This document shows, in pieces, positions 18,785 through 27,493 of a DNA stretch of 64,000 bases (the first letter of the stretch is position 1; every line of letters begins with the position of its first letter). The position numbers were made by a program, and so were the translations under genes. The DNA is from a virus. The notes beneath the pieces are model-generated. The model searched no databases. It had not been told where the DNA came from and was given only the letters and a program-made list of their open reading frames with translations. The stretch lies in the UHGV virus genome UHGV-1352853. One strand, written 5' to 3'.

Positions 18785-19111
18785 TTAAGATTTAATACAT
18801 GGGTATGCTGTATCAATTGCCAACAGAACCATGTCTGATGGTACTTTTACTGCATTAACCTTTCGGTCGTACAGAATAATAGAGGCTACTTTGTCAAAGA
18901 CATTTCCTAACTTTAAACTATCTGGTACGCAGTTTTTACCTGCTTCTACACCCATAGTAACCATGCCCATGAAGTAACCCTGGTTCACAAAGTTTCCATT
19001 ATTGGCTTTGTAATCAGCAGCAGCTTCCAACAAAGTTGCACGACTGGATGCTTGAGCACCGAATGACAAAACTGATAAAGCTACTAGAACAACAGCAATT
19101 AAAGTTTTCAT
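18785..19111 (-). CDS. secreted/periplasmic protein with signal peptide (108 aa)
   Basis: N-terminal MKTLIAVVLVALSVLSFGAQASS is a typical Sec signal peptide. Confidence 0.5.
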   Translation of the reverse strand: MKTLIAVVLVALSVLSFGAQASSRATLLEAAADYKANNGNFVNQGYFMGMVTMGVEAGKNCVPDSLKLGNVFDKVASIILYDRKVNAVKVPSDMVLLAIDTAYPCIKS

Positions 19112-19297
19112 TTAGTTACCTTTCATTTCATTGAGTTGAAGTACTCCGGTAGGGGTTAATGACCACCCAAGACCAGTATTGAATTGCACTAAGCCCATTT
19201 TCTTAAGAGACTGTGCGGTTTTGTTATTACGGTTGCTGGTGGCAGAACCACCTTGAACCATGCGAAGGAATATTGCTTGGGACTGGGTAAGTTTCAT
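19112..19297 (-). CDS. hypothetical small protein (61 aa)
   Basis: ORF abutting its neighbours. Confidence 0.35.
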   Translation of the reverse strand: MKLTQSQAIFLRMVQGGSATSNRNNKTAQSLKKMGLVQFNTGLGWSLTPTGVLQLNEMKGN

Positions 19298-19503
19298 AGG
19301 TAATATGCTTCTAGGTTTATTGGTTTTACAAATGTACTTGCTGATAGACAGAATGCTTTTCCTGTCTCTACAGCAACAGCAGCAGGTTTACCATCTGGTA
19401 AGTAAATCTTTAAACACACAGACTGGTTATAAATAAAACCGTTAGCAGGTAGCACATCACCAAATGTTACTTCAGTGTTTTCAGAACGATTTGTTACTCT
19501 CAT
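19294..19503 (-). CDS. hypothetical small protein (69 aa)
   Basis: ORF with 4 nt overlaps on both sides. Confidence 0.35.
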   Translation of the reverse strand: MRVTNRSENTEVTFGDVLPANGFIYNQSVCLKIYLPDGKPAAVAVETGKAFCLSASTFVKPINLEAYYL

Positions 19504-19688
19504 TTCTTCTCCGGTACGAACTGCATTACGCAGCTTTGGTTACGAGGGATATTCAATTCACATTCATGCTTAAGGGTTTGCGTTACAGAGTTTGGAGTAG
19601 AACCAAAGTAACTATTAGAAATAGCTACAATTCCTGCACCAATTAACCCACCTAACAAGAACGAGAATAATGCAATCTCTTTATACAT
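19500..19688 (-). CDS. small membrane protein (62 aa)
   Basis: Hydrophobic helix FSFLLGGLIGAGIVAI. Confidence 0.4.
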   Translation of the reverse strand: MYKEIALFSFLLGGLIGAGIVAISNSYFGSTPNSVTQTLKHECELNIPRNQSCVMQFVPEKK

Positions 19689-19713
19689 TTCCTGGCTCCA
19701 GAATGTTTAAGTC

Positions 19714-19743
19714 AAAAAAAGACCTCCCTTCAATAGGGAGGCC
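19714..19743 (-). terminator. rho-independent terminator (minus strand)
   Basis: Stem cctccc/gggagg, loop ttcaata. The minus-strand RNA is followed by UCUUUUUUUGAC. Sits after the stop of 19794..20627. Confidence 0.6.
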
Positions 19744-19793
19744 AAATAACGGAGTTTTACTTCAGGGTTTATAACCCCAAATAAAGGATGCCC

Positions 19794-20627
19794 TTATTCT
19801 GTAACAGTAACAGCAATAGTTACATCAACAGTACCATCAGTAACTACTACAGAAGTATCTTCCCCAGCAGCCACAGGTTTAACTGTCAGAACGTTACCTT
19901 CAATGGAAGCTGTAGCTTGCGCAGAGTTTGGAGCGGTTTTGATAGTCAACGTACCAACAGACGAACCAACTGGCATAGGAGTAATGGTTACTGATTTACC
20001 TTCAGCAGTATCAGTGGCAACAGACAGAGTTAGTGAAGCAGGGTTAGCTACCAGTGAGCTTGCTTTGTAATAACCAACAGCCAGCAAAGAGGTATCTTCT
20101 GCCGTGGTTCCATTAGCGTCAGTAACAATCACTTTATAAGTACCAGCAGAAGCGGCCTTTACATTCTTAAGGGTTAATGTCGCAGTTGTAGCAGATTCGT
20201 TACTATCAGAGCTAATATCAGCAAATGCTGCACCGGCAGTGTTAGCCTTGTATTGCCATTTGTAAGTAAACGGTGCTTTACCACCTGCTACATCAACATG
20301 CCAGCTAACATCTTTTCCTTCAATGGAAGAAACTACACGAGGCAGTTTAGTAGCAATAGTCAGTCGTGGAGTAGCTTTCATATCAATAGAGATAGACTGC
20401 ATATCTACGATGTTATTAGGCCAGAAGCCTGCTTTAGAAGGGTCTTTAGCAGAGCGTTTGTACAACAGATCACGAACACCATGAAAGATAACTAAACTAT
20501 CTGGGTAAGTGGCATCTGGGTGTACAAAAGTTCCTACTTCTACTGAACCACCTGGAATAGAACCACCTGCATCCAGTACAGTTGCAACATTGGTGGTTTT
20601 GTTAAAACCTACTTTTAAAGTTGGCAT
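19794..20627 (-). CDS. Ig-like (Big_2-type) domain protein, candidate capsid decoration protein (N4 gp17-like)
   Basis: Thr/Ala/Val-rich beta-strand repeats (TLTLKNVKAASAGTYKVIVTDANGT; TVKPVAAGEDTSVVVTDGTVDVT). From memory, N4 gp17 is an early-region Ig-like decoration protein of similar size. Confidence 0.45.
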   Translation of the reverse strand: MPTLKVGFNKTTNVATVLDAGGSIPGGSVEVGTFVHPDATYPDSLVIFHGVRDLLYKRSAKDPSKAGFWPNNIVDMQSISIDMKATPRLTIATKLPRVVSSIEGKDVSWHVDVAGGKAPFTYKWQYKANTAGAAFADISSDSNESATTATLTLKNVKAASAGTYKVIVTDANGTTAEDTSLLAVGYYKASSLVANPASLTLSVATDTAEGKSVTITPMPVGSSVGTLTIKTAPNSAQATASIEGNVLTVKPVAAGEDTSVVVTDGTVDVTIAVTVTE

Positions 20628-20675
20628 ATGAATTTCCTCTTAAGTAAATAGCAGGGTTAGTATACACGATGGGTA

Positions 20676-20703
20676 AAAATAAAAACCCTCCATTAGGAGG
20701 GTT
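20676..20703 (-). terminator. rho-independent terminator (minus strand)
   Basis: Stem aaccctcc/ggagggtt (8 bp), loop atta. Minus-strand RNA followed by UUUUUAUUUUUACC. Confidence 0.65.
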
Positions 20704-20884
20704 AGATAATTACATAGTAGATAGCAAAAGCTATCCATCCTGCCATTACAAAGCAGCCAAGTGAGTATGCTCCATAGTAACAGTAAGCAAACTTAGACTT
20801 GTGGGCACGAACTATCGTAGCCAGAACCAGTACAGATAAAACTATCAGTATTATCTGAGAGATTACTTCAAAAGGGATTAGCAT
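20702..20884 (-). CDS. small two-TM membrane protein (60 aa)
   Basis: Start at MLIPFEV... preceded by GGAGG. Two hydrophobic helices. Confidence 0.4.
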   Translation of the reverse strand: MLIPFEVISQIILIVLSVLVLATIVRAHKSKFAYCYYGAYSLGCFVMAGWIAFAIYYVII

Positions 20885-20889
20885 AGTTA

Positions 20890-20925
20890 TTACCTCCAAG
20901 CAAAAAATAAAGCCCCACTCCCGAA
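20890..20925 (-). terminator. candidate terminator (minus strand, UUCG loop, G-U containing stem)
   Basis: Minus RNA cucauucc-uucg-ggaguggg followed by GCUUUAUUUUUUGCUUGG. Confidence 0.4.
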
Positions 20926-20942
20926 GGAATGAGGCTAGTTTA

Positions 20943-21083
20943 TTAATACACTTGCACAGTCCAGCCATTGTAAGAATCTACAAAGACAATCCAGTCATCT
21001 TCTGCCCATAGTCTAGAACAAACTCCTGGGGCTTTGAATCTGTATAAACCTTGTCTATAAGCTTCTTTTTTAGCTAAGGGCAT
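20943..21083 (-). CDS. hypothetical small protein (~46 aa from internal Met)
   Basis: The 106-aa frame overlaps the RNAP II gene by 194 nt. The internal start MPLAKKEAY leaves a 14 nt overlap. Confidence 0.25.
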   Translation of the reverse strand: MPLAKKEAYRQGLYRFKAPGVCSRLWAEDDWIVFVDSYNGWTVQVY

Positions 21084-22287
21084 AATCGGCCTCCAGAATG
21101 TCTTGCCAGAGGCTGTCATCCAGCTTACCAGCAGAAAACTCTTGCCCCAGTACCTGAGACAGAATGAAGCCCAGTAGATCACTCTTAGCAATGTCAGACA
21201 GAATCTGATTGTACTGACGACGCAGGTCATTACCGTAGTTAGGATGGCAACGGAAGCAGTCATGCACAGTCATTACAGGGAATGGTTTCTTAGGCAGAGT
21301 GTCAATCATATCTGCTACTACCTGACGGTCTACATAAGCAATAGTACATGGGTCAAGATAATCAATGATTGATAATGATAAGAAGCCAGATTTCTCATAG
21401 TGGCTCCATAGCTCTTGTACCTTCTCTAGGTTACCTGCAATTTCCCCATATTCTGAAGGACCTTCATCACAGAGTTCTCTCACAGCTTCCACTAAGTCAC
21501 GGTCGAAGTTACAACGACGTAGCATCTCACGTACTACCATCCCATCAATAGAGTGAGTGATGTTAGCAGAGAGCATACGAGTCTTCTCTTCAGTACCCTG
21601 AACCATACGAGTGATGTCAAATGGCTTACCTAAGAAGTTAACAGTCTGTACCTCTGGTACCATGACCTTAATGACAGCATGGAAGTTGTCAGGTAATACC
21701 CATACGTAACGATTAGCATCCGGGTTACCACATTGCAATAAGAACTTGTTCAATGCCCAAGGACCACTTGCAACTGTTTCCATTACATTCTCAAAAGTCT
21801 TGAGACGAATACCTTCACCGAATACTTCTTTAGGTTTGGCTTCTGAGCCGTAGAATGCAGTCATAACTGCCTGCTTAGTGTCACTACGTTTAATACGGGA
21901 TGCTTCACCAAGAATGTCCAGCATCTTGTGGTAGATAACTGTATAAGCATCACGACGTAACGGCTTACCATTTTCTCCAATGTAGTTAACTACGTTACAC
22001 AGTTCAGCAGCAGAACGGTCACCTGTCAGGCAAGCCAGTAACTGCAATCCTGACGATGTAGCATCCAGGGCTACGGCATACCCAATAGGCTTACCTGCTT
22101 TCATGTCTTTCCATGCGTTTATACCAGCATAGAACAGTGCAGATTCTTCAGCTTCATCTACCAGATTAAGTAGGTTAGCTTCGTTCTCATCGAACCAGGC
22201 AATACGTTCATCCCAGGTCTTTTTATCCAGACCATAGTTATTAGCAATATCTACTTTCAGGTATTCTTTAGCGGTTAACAGTTGCAT
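21070..22287 (-). CDS. phage RNA polymerase II large subunit (N4 gp16-like; T7-like RNAP palm/fingers)
   Basis: DATSSGLQ (cf. T7 DGSCSGIQ), motif B RSDTKQAVMTAFYGS, motif C VHDCF (cf. T7 HDSF). Confidence 0.8.
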   Translation of the reverse strand: MQLLTAKEYLKVDIANNYGLDKKTWDERIAWFDENEANLLNLVDEAEESALFYAGINAWKDMKAGKPIGYAVALDATSSGLQLLACLTGDRSAAELCNVVNYIGENGKPLRRDAYTVIYHKMLDILGEASRIKRSDTKQAVMTAFYGSEAKPKEVFGEGIRLKTFENVMETVASGPWALNKFLLQCGNPDANRYVWVLPDNFHAVIKVMVPEVQTVNFLGKPFDITRMVQGTEEKTRMLSANITHSIDGMVVREMLRRCNFDRDLVEAVRELCDEGPSEYGEIAGNLEKVQELWSHYEKSGFLSLSIIDYLDPCTIAYVDRQVVADMIDTLPKKPFPVMTVHDCFRCHPNYGNDLRRQYNQILSDIAKSDLLGFILSQVLGQEFSAGKLDDSLWQDILEADYALS

Positions 22288-22344
22288 TTTATGTTCCTTT
22301 TGCTTCTTGGCTCCCCACTATGGAGAGCCTGCTTATTAGATGGA

Positions 22345-22584
22345 TTAGCCAGCATTAAATGATGACAATACTATTCCTGGTTCCACACCTTCGGTGGCAA
22401 TACCCAGGTACTCAACGTGCACTTTATCAGGAGAGGAGCACCAGGCGGAAGACAGATTCCATTCTCCGTCTGGATTAATAAGGCGAGCTTCTTCTTTAGT
22501 CTTAGCAGCTACTACTGCGGAATCGTATGTATCCCATCCTGTATTTTCTTCCTGGCTAATAAGCCATAGTTTTAATCTACTCAT
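22345..22584 (-). CDS. hypothetical protein (79 aa) between the two RNAP II subunit genes
   Basis: ORF overlapping the upstream gene end by 8 nt. Confidence 0.4.
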   Translation of the reverse strand: MSRLKLWLISQEENTGWDTYDSAVVAAKTKEEARLINPDGEWNLSSAWCSSPDKVHVEYLGIATEGVEPGIVLSSFNAG

Positions 22585-23395
22585 CGTTTACTAACTCCTT
22601 ATCAGCGAACTCCAGTACAGCTTTGTTGTAACTGGTTCCCTGATAGTTGATGTGGTAGCCACAGGCATATGTACGCCCACGTTTGTCATATTTGTGAGCC
22701 AGGGAGAAGTTATTTCCTTCTTTGGTCACTAACTCCATTACTTCCTTAGCAGTACGGCTGTACTTCTCAAAGGCTTTAACACGTTTCTCATAGTCCTGAC
22801 GAGTTTCACCCTCTTTGGGTTTATCCATGTTAGGGCGAGAGTCCTTTACATAGTTAGCAACGTCCCAGTTAATACAGAGACGTTGGTTATTCATACGGTT
22901 GATATGGTCAAGACAGACATCCATCTCATGATGGTTCTTCTTGAGGATGATGCTGCCTCTGCTTTCGTAGTAACCGGTGTCACGGTTACTCATAACAGGC
23001 TTAGGAGCACTTACGATAGGCAATGGGTACTGGAATGCTTCCAGTTCCATCTGTACATCTTCACTAATCTCATAAATAACACCGAACCTGTCGATGGTAG
23101 GGTCATAGTTGAAGCAGTCATTCTCTGCCATCTTATATAGACAGTCAGCGATGTACTGAGCATCATCTGAGTGACTCATGAGAGAGCCAATCATAGTTTG
23201 AATGTCAGCTCGTTTATGTAGGGCAATCTGCACCATTGCATCAATGAGCAGCTTATAATCAATTTCTAAATAGGCAGCAAAAGCCTTAAAGTCAATTTCT
23301 TCGGAGTCCTCGAATTCCTTCCTCATGCGAGGGAGTAATTGATTTTTGTTGAAAAGGATTTCAAGTTGCTTCTGATGTTCAATAGATGAGTACAT
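22577..23395 (-). CDS. phage RNA polymerase II small subunit (N4 gp15-like; T7-like RNAP N-terminal part)
   Basis: DKRGRTY matches the T7-RNAP DxRGRxY (T/DxxGR) motif. Adjacent to the gp16-like gene. Confidence 0.7.
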   Translation of the reverse strand: MYSSIEHQKQLEILFNKNQLLPRMRKEFEDSEEIDFKAFAAYLEIDYKLLIDAMVQIALHKRADIQTMIGSLMSHSDDAQYIADCLYKMAENDCFNYDPTIDRFGVIYEISEDVQMELEAFQYPLPIVSAPKPVMSNRDTGYYESRGSIILKKNHHEMDVCLDHINRMNNQRLCINWDVANYVKDSRPNMDKPKEGETRQDYEKRVKAFEKYSRTAKEVMELVTKEGNNFSLAHKYDKRGRTYACGYHINYQGTSYNKAVLEFADKELVNDE

Positions 23396-23429
23396 CGCAT
23401 ATTCTCCTAAATGTGATTAATAACCAAAA

Positions 23430-23442
23430 GCTGCTGAGCAGC
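23430..23442. promoter_or_regulatory. hairpin gctgc-TGA-gcagc (5-6 bp stem, 3 nt loop) with the same 5' flank (ccaaaaG) as the GGA hairpin promoters; candidate vRNAP-type promoter (or weak terminator) directly upstream of RNAP II
   Basis: Plus strand taaCCAAAAGctgcTGAgcagct. Spacing and flank match the three early hairpins (ccataaG-nnGC-GGA-GCnn-C). The centre-G and stem-G positions are conserved. The minus-strand RNA also shows UUUUGGUU after the stem. Confidence 0.4.
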
Positions 23443-23448
23443 TATTAC

Positions 23449-23709
23449 CTAACGCTTAGTCCAAAAAGTAATACGAATACTATTTTCATTACCAATGTAG
23501 TCGATACGTACATGCAAGCCATTACCATTAAACTCATTACTTTTTTTCTGATAAGGCCAGACTAGGCTAGTCATAGGTATTTTAATGAAACCTGATATGT
23601 GTCCTAGTTTAGTACGGCTCTTTAATTCGTTCTGTAATGCACAATAGATATCGTGTCGTGTAAGTGCTCTGGCTCTGACTTGAGCAGACCATAATTCTTC
23701 ATAAGTCAT
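23449..23709 (-). CDS. hypothetical protein (86 aa)
   Basis: ORF. Confidence 0.4.
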   Translation of the reverse strand: MTYEELWSAQVRARALTRHDIYCALQNELKSRTKLGHISGFIKIPMTSLVWPYQKKSNEFNGNGLHVRIDYIGNENSIRITFWTKR

Positions 23710-23711
23710 TA

Positions 23712-24062
23712 TTAACTCCAGTAGTTGTAAGCATCGCCTAAGTGTTTACGCCATGCTTCTGGTAACAGTACATTTCCAGTTACGTTAATGAATTGGTATG
23801 GGTCCAGATAGTCATTACTCATAACTTTGAAATCCCATTGTGGATTAGAAGATGCATAGGCAATGAAACCTTCAATGAAGCCATAGATAGCACCCTCTTT
23901 AATCCGGTTACCATAACCATCCTTTACTGGAATGGCAAAGCTATTACCATAATGACCATAGGCCATACCCCAGCGAGCACCATGCTTCTTATATGCTAAT
24001 TTGGCAGCAGCATTATTATGCTGCCCAAGTAAATTGGTAGTGAATACTAAGATTTCTTTCAT
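23712..24062 (-). CDS. hypothetical protein (116 aa)
   Basis: ORF. Confidence 0.45.
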   Translation of the reverse strand: MKEILVFTTNLLGQHNNAAAKLAYKKHGARWGMAYGHYGNSFAIPVKDGYGNRIKEGAIYGFIEGFIAYASSNPQWDFKVMSNDYLDPYQFINVTGNVLLPEAWRKHLGDAYNYWS

Positions 24063-24259
24063 TTACAAGCCTCTCTATTATAAATATAAGCATCGTGTGT
24101 GGTCATATTGTTGTATTGACGGGTTACTTCTAAATAAGTAAGAGCATATTCATGGTCACGTTGTTCTTTCTTGGTTCGGCAATGACCACATTTACCATCC
24201 CATTGGGATACATAACCTTTGCCACATTTGCATTGCTTATCCATTAGGATTCTCCACAA
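24059..24259 (-). CDS. small Cys-rich zinc-ribbon protein (66 aa)
   Basis: CKCGKGY...CGHC four-Cys pattern. Confidence 0.4.
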   Translation of the reverse strand: MWRILMDKQCKCGKGYVSQWDGKCGHCRTKKEQRDHEYALTYLEVTRQYNNMTTHDAYIYNREACK

Positions 24260-24617
24260 AATATTTGTACATAGCTTTCACTAGCTTTTCTTTAATAACC
24301 TCACCATGACATGGCTTCGGATAACAGAAGCACTGTAAGGCTAATCCTTTCTCGTCAATGGCTTTATTACCCAGACGATTAAGTTCATCCAGTACAACTG
24401 GATTTCCTTTATCAATCTGCTCTTGCAGCCATACTTCATACTTAGCAATTACTTGCTCTCTGGTTCCATGTTTACCAATGACAAATGGATTGCCTAATGG
24501 TGATCCACGTCCAATATACTCACCGGATTTACCGTGATGTTTATTAACAATAGTAATAGGACGTGCAGATACACCCAGCAAAGCATTAGTGTCATCACCT
24601 AATGTAATAGTCTTCAT
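24237..24617 (-). CDS. hypothetical protein (126 aa)
   Basis: ORF. Confidence 0.45.
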   Translation of the reverse strand: MKTITLGDDTNALLGVSARPITIVNKHHGKSGEYIGRGSPLGNPFVIGKHGTREQVIAKYEVWLQEQIDKGNPVVLDELNRLGNKAIDEKGLALQCFCYPKPCHGEVIKEKLVKAMYKYFVENPNG

Positions 24618-24928
24618 GGTTTTAATACCTGAAATGCGAATACAGGACGTTTACTACGCCACTGGTTCATAGCTAATTCACTGGTTTCAGAACCATCATG
24701 TAAGTCATAGATAAATGAGATTACATAGTCTGGTTCTTCCGGGAAGTTCTCTGTAGAGAATGGTAGACCAGATTCCTTAAGGATAGGAACCAGTGGAGAT
24801 TCAGCATTACAGTACAGAGTAAACTCTTCATTAAATGCCTGGCTTGTCTGAGATACATAATCAATATTACGCATCATTTTATCTACATCAGTAAATGTAG
24901 CGTCATGTACTACTAGAATAGTTTTCAT
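24614..24928 (-). CDS. hypothetical protein (104 aa)
   Basis: ORF. Confidence 0.45.
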   Translation of the reverse strand: MKTILVVHDATFTDVDKMMRNIDYVSQTSQAFNEEFTLYCNAESPLVPILKESGLPFSTENFPEEPDYVISFIYDLHDGSETSELAMNQWRSKRPVFAFQVLKP

Positions 24929-25179
24929 ACCTTTCTCAATGTCCCATAAATGTTATTATCGACAATACTCAAATCACAGAAACCAATCTCTTCTTGTCTC
25001 CCAGAGGATACCCAGATATTGTTTTCTGTTAGCTTAGGTTTCTTAGAGAATCCTATTAATGAGGTATTAGCACTCTTATATTGTCGAGTATATAGAGCTA
25101 TATACTTAACCCAGTGAGGCACTTGGATAGTATGCCTCATATATTCTACGTTCTTGCCTGTAGGATATGTAATAATCAT
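24925..25179 (-). CDS. hypothetical protein (84 aa)
   Basis: ORF. Confidence 0.4.
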   Translation of the reverse strand: MIITYPTGKNVEYMRHTIQVPHWVKYIALYTRQYKSANTSLIGFSKKPKLTENNIWVSSGRQEEIGFCDLSIVDNNIYGTLRKV

Positions 25180-25536
25180 TTAGTACCTCACAACATATAC
25201 AGGTTTATTTAGTCTCTGCATGATATCAATCATGTGCTTGGTTCCTTTAGATTTACCATCCCAGAAACATACAGCAGCATCTGCAAATTCACCCATTTCC
25301 TGGTTACGTCTATAACCAGCAGATTTTCCATATTTATCCCAGTTTGCTGGAAAATTATGAATAGGCATTTTGTTATTAGCCCATAGACTATATGCAAGCA
25401 TATCTGCTCCACGAGCCATACCACATACCAATTCTGGGCATTCTGGTATATTCCCTGAATTTACTAACTTCTGTAGTTCAGCAATCATAAGATTAGCGTC
25501 AGTAAAATCACGTCCACCGGCTACAATTAGTTTCAT
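25180..25536 (-). CDS. SLOG-superfamily (DUF2493/YAcAr-like) nucleotide-binding protein
   Basis: LIVAGGRDF...CGMARGADMLAYSLW...FWDGKSKGTKHMI resembles the DUF2493/Smf-DprA-like Rossmannoid signature. Confidence 0.45.
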   Translation of the reverse strand: MKLIVAGGRDFTDANLMIAELQKLVNSGNIPECPELVCGMARGADMLAYSLWANNKMPIHNFPANWDKYGKSAGYRRNQEMGEFADAAVCFWDGKSKGTKHMIDIMQRLNKPVYVVRY

Positions 25537-25754
25537 TTCTGATACCCCTGTATATAGTTAATACGACGAATACGTTGAGTAGATGCCTTAACAGCCATCT
25601 GTTGATTTTCTTCTTTATACTGATTAGTCAGTATCTTATCCCATTCTTTCTGGTTCCTTTGCTTCTGTAATATACGACTACAACGTTTATGATTGGCAAC
25701 TCCACGTCCTTTTTTACAGACTGGGCAAATACCATAATCGTTTGAGTACATCAT
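25533..25754 (-). CDS. small zinc-finger protein (73 aa)
   Basis: CPVCKKGRGVANHKRC. Confidence 0.35.
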   Translation of the reverse strand: MMYSNDYGICPVCKKGRGVANHKRCSRILQKQRNQKEWDKILTNQYKEENQQMAVKASTQRIRRINYIQGYQK

Positions 25755-26059
25755 TGGCTTAATGCCTCCATTAATATTTTACGAATAACGTTAACATCAG
25801 ATTCAGTACCAATTAAACCAACAGGCTTACCTGTACTATCTGTTATAAAGCCAGCAATCCTTTCCATCTCTGCTGTAATTAACTTGTCACCATTAATAAG
25901 ACGGTTACGAAGGTAAGCTTCATAGGCTACCTCTATATCTTCTACTGTGGTTCTTTCATTACGAGAAAATGGATTACTTAATGGGAAGGGTAAATGTACC
26001 CGTATATTCCTGTCAGCTACTTTAGCTTGGTGAGGAAGTATACATACTATTTCATTCAA
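25751..26059 (-). CDS. hypothetical protein (102 aa)
   Basis: ORF. Confidence 0.45.
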   Translation of the reverse strand: MNEIVCILPHQAKVADRNIRVHLPFPLSNPFSRNERTTVEDIEVAYEAYLRNRLINGDKLITAEMERIAGFITDSTGKPVGLIGTESDVNVIRKILMEALSQ

Positions 26060-26094
26060 GATTATTTCTCCTATTTAAATACATATCTAACTAC

Positions 26095-26135
26095 TCAAAA
26101 ATAAAAAAATAGGAGCCTCCTAATGGAGGACTCCC
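26095..26135 (-). terminator. rho-independent terminator (minus strand)
   Basis: Stem of ~9 bp with a 1-nt bulge, ggag-cctcc taat ggagg-a-ctcc. Minus RNA followed by UAUUUUUUUAUUUUUG. Confidence 0.6.
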
Positions 26136-26137
26136 TA

Positions 26138-26593
26138 CTATTTTCCGTGGTTTGGATGAAATCCATATAAATTCTCTGCGTCTAGACGAGCAGCCACAGC
26201 ATCAGTTAACTCCTTAAAGTAACCTAGATGCTTTCTCTTACCCTTTACGGAAATGAACACTTGCCATTTATTGGAAGTTTTATTCCAACGTACACCAGTA
26301 TGCCCTGACTTATTGTTAGCATACTTAGTAGAGTTCATTAGATTGGTTTGTCTGTCTACTAATCTAAGATTCTCAATTCTGTTATCAAGGCGGTTATGCC
26401 ATATGTGGTCTATTTGCATATCTTTGGGGATTGTTCCATAGTGCATTTCCCAAATTACCCTATGCTCACAATATTTAACCCCTTTAACATGAACAAAACG
26501 ATAACCACTTGGGTGTACAGTTCCAGCTCTCTTACCATTTTTAATATGGTATAGTTTTCCGGATTCATATCTGAATATACTATTCCAATCCAT
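26138..26593 (-). CDS. free-standing HNH homing endonuclease (HNH_3 + AP2 domain), 151 aa
   Basis: HRVIWEMHYGTIPKDMQIDHIWHNRLDNRIENLRLV (HNH). GHTGVRWNKTSNKWQVFISVKGKRKHLGYFKELTDAVAAR (AP2). Confidence 0.8.
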   Translation of the reverse strand: MDWNSIFRYESGKLYHIKNGKRAGTVHPSGYRFVHVKGVKYCEHRVIWEMHYGTIPKDMQIDHIWHNRLDNRIENLRLVDRQTNLMNSTKYANNKSGHTGVRWNKTSNKWQVFISVKGKRKHLGYFKELTDAVAARLDAENLYGFHPNHGK

Positions 26594-26765
26594 CTAACAC
26601 CCACCTATGATTGAAGGTAACAATTTTACGTACTGGTTCAGATGTTTGTTGCTTAGCAGCCATACGTTTCTTCATCTTCTGTACGTCAGCTTTAGTTCCC
26701 ATGATTAATGACTTACGCATGTTTAGTACTCCACATAAAGTTAAAAGGTTTATTGTTACGTACAA
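26580..26765 (-). CDS. hypothetical small basic protein (61 aa)
   Basis: ORF overlapping the HNH start by 14 nt. Confidence 0.3.
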   Translation of the reverse strand: MYVTINLLTLCGVLNMRKSLIMGTKADVQKMKKRMAAKQQTSEPVRKIVTFNHRWVLDGLE

Positions 26766-26930
26766 TTCTTACAACCATTTGATAGCCATTGAGCTGTACA
26801 ACACCATAGTGTCGTTTCTGTACACCAGTGTGATATCTACGAAAGATACATTCTTCAATGGCATCCTCAATGTTAGTGAATATCACTGGTTCCTCCGTAA
26901 TATTGGCAGTTAAGCACAGGTGAATAACAT

Positions 26931-27083
26931 TTACACATCCCCACCTGGTTCATCTCTACCACGAGCATCACTCGCTACGGACGTGAACATACCAATAATT
27001 ATGCCTACGGCTAATAACCACGGGAATGCAGCTACCAGCAGTATCATTAATAAAGTACACAGAATCTCTACCAGTAGCTTCAT
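26931..27083 (-). CDS. small hydrophobic membrane peptide (50 aa; below the ORF-track cut-off)
   Basis: ATG at 27083, 2 nt after the upstream stop. Encodes MKLLVEILCTLLMILLVAAFPWLLAVGIIIGMFTSVASDARGRDEPGGDV. Confidence 0.3.
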   Translation of the reverse strand: MKLLVEILCTLLMILLVAAFPWLLAVGIIIGMFTSVASDARGRDEPGGDV

Positions 27084-27087
27084 AGCA

Positions 27088-27492
27088 TTATCCCTCCAGT
27101 TGTTTAGGCAACATTGCCATTAGTTGTTTAGCCATAGATTCACATTCATCGGTGCAATATTGCTCATCTCGCCATACACCCTCTGAGTACATGTGCAATC
27201 CTTCCAGCGGAGTACCTTTGTACTTCTCTGGGCATTTCATCAAGTCACCATAGTGAGCACAATCAAAGCCAATAGCGATTTTATCCTCTAATTGAGGAAG
27301 TGCATCCTGATAGGTAACACCTCCATGAACAGAAATACATTTTTCTGGGTCATAATTAGTAAAGTCATTGTCTACTAAGTCAGCAGGCAATGCTACGTAA
27401 CCACAATGATGAGAACCATCATTTACTAACAGGATTACAGCAGGTAAACCAGCTTCAGTAGTCCAGCTTTTTACAATTTTATGGGTAGTCAT
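27088..27492 (-). CDS. hypothetical protein (134 aa)
   Basis: ORF. Confidence 0.5.
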   Translation of the reverse strand: MTTHKIVKSWTTEAGLPAVILLVNDGSHHCGYVALPADLVDNDFTNYDPEKCISVHGGVTYQDALPQLEDKIAIGFDCAHYGDLMKCPEKYKGTPLEGLHMYSEGVWRDEQYCTDECESMAKQLMAMLPKQLEG

Positions 27493-27493
27493 C

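Noticed and set aside
20943-21263. 106-aa ORF overlapping the 3' end of the RNAP II large-subunit gene by 194 nt
   Set aside because: The full-length frame is implausible. Only the C-terminal 46 aa from an internal Met could be real, and that version is kept as a low-confidence feature.
26713-26952. Protein-like open frame (…ITEEPVIFTNIEDAIEECIFRRYHTGVQKRHYGVVQLNGYQ…) in an apparently non-coding gap
   Set aside because: No ATG, GTG or TTG start in frame downstream of the preceding stop. It would require a frameshift from the 50-aa membrane-peptide ORF, but no slippery heptamer is present. Possibly a decayed gene.
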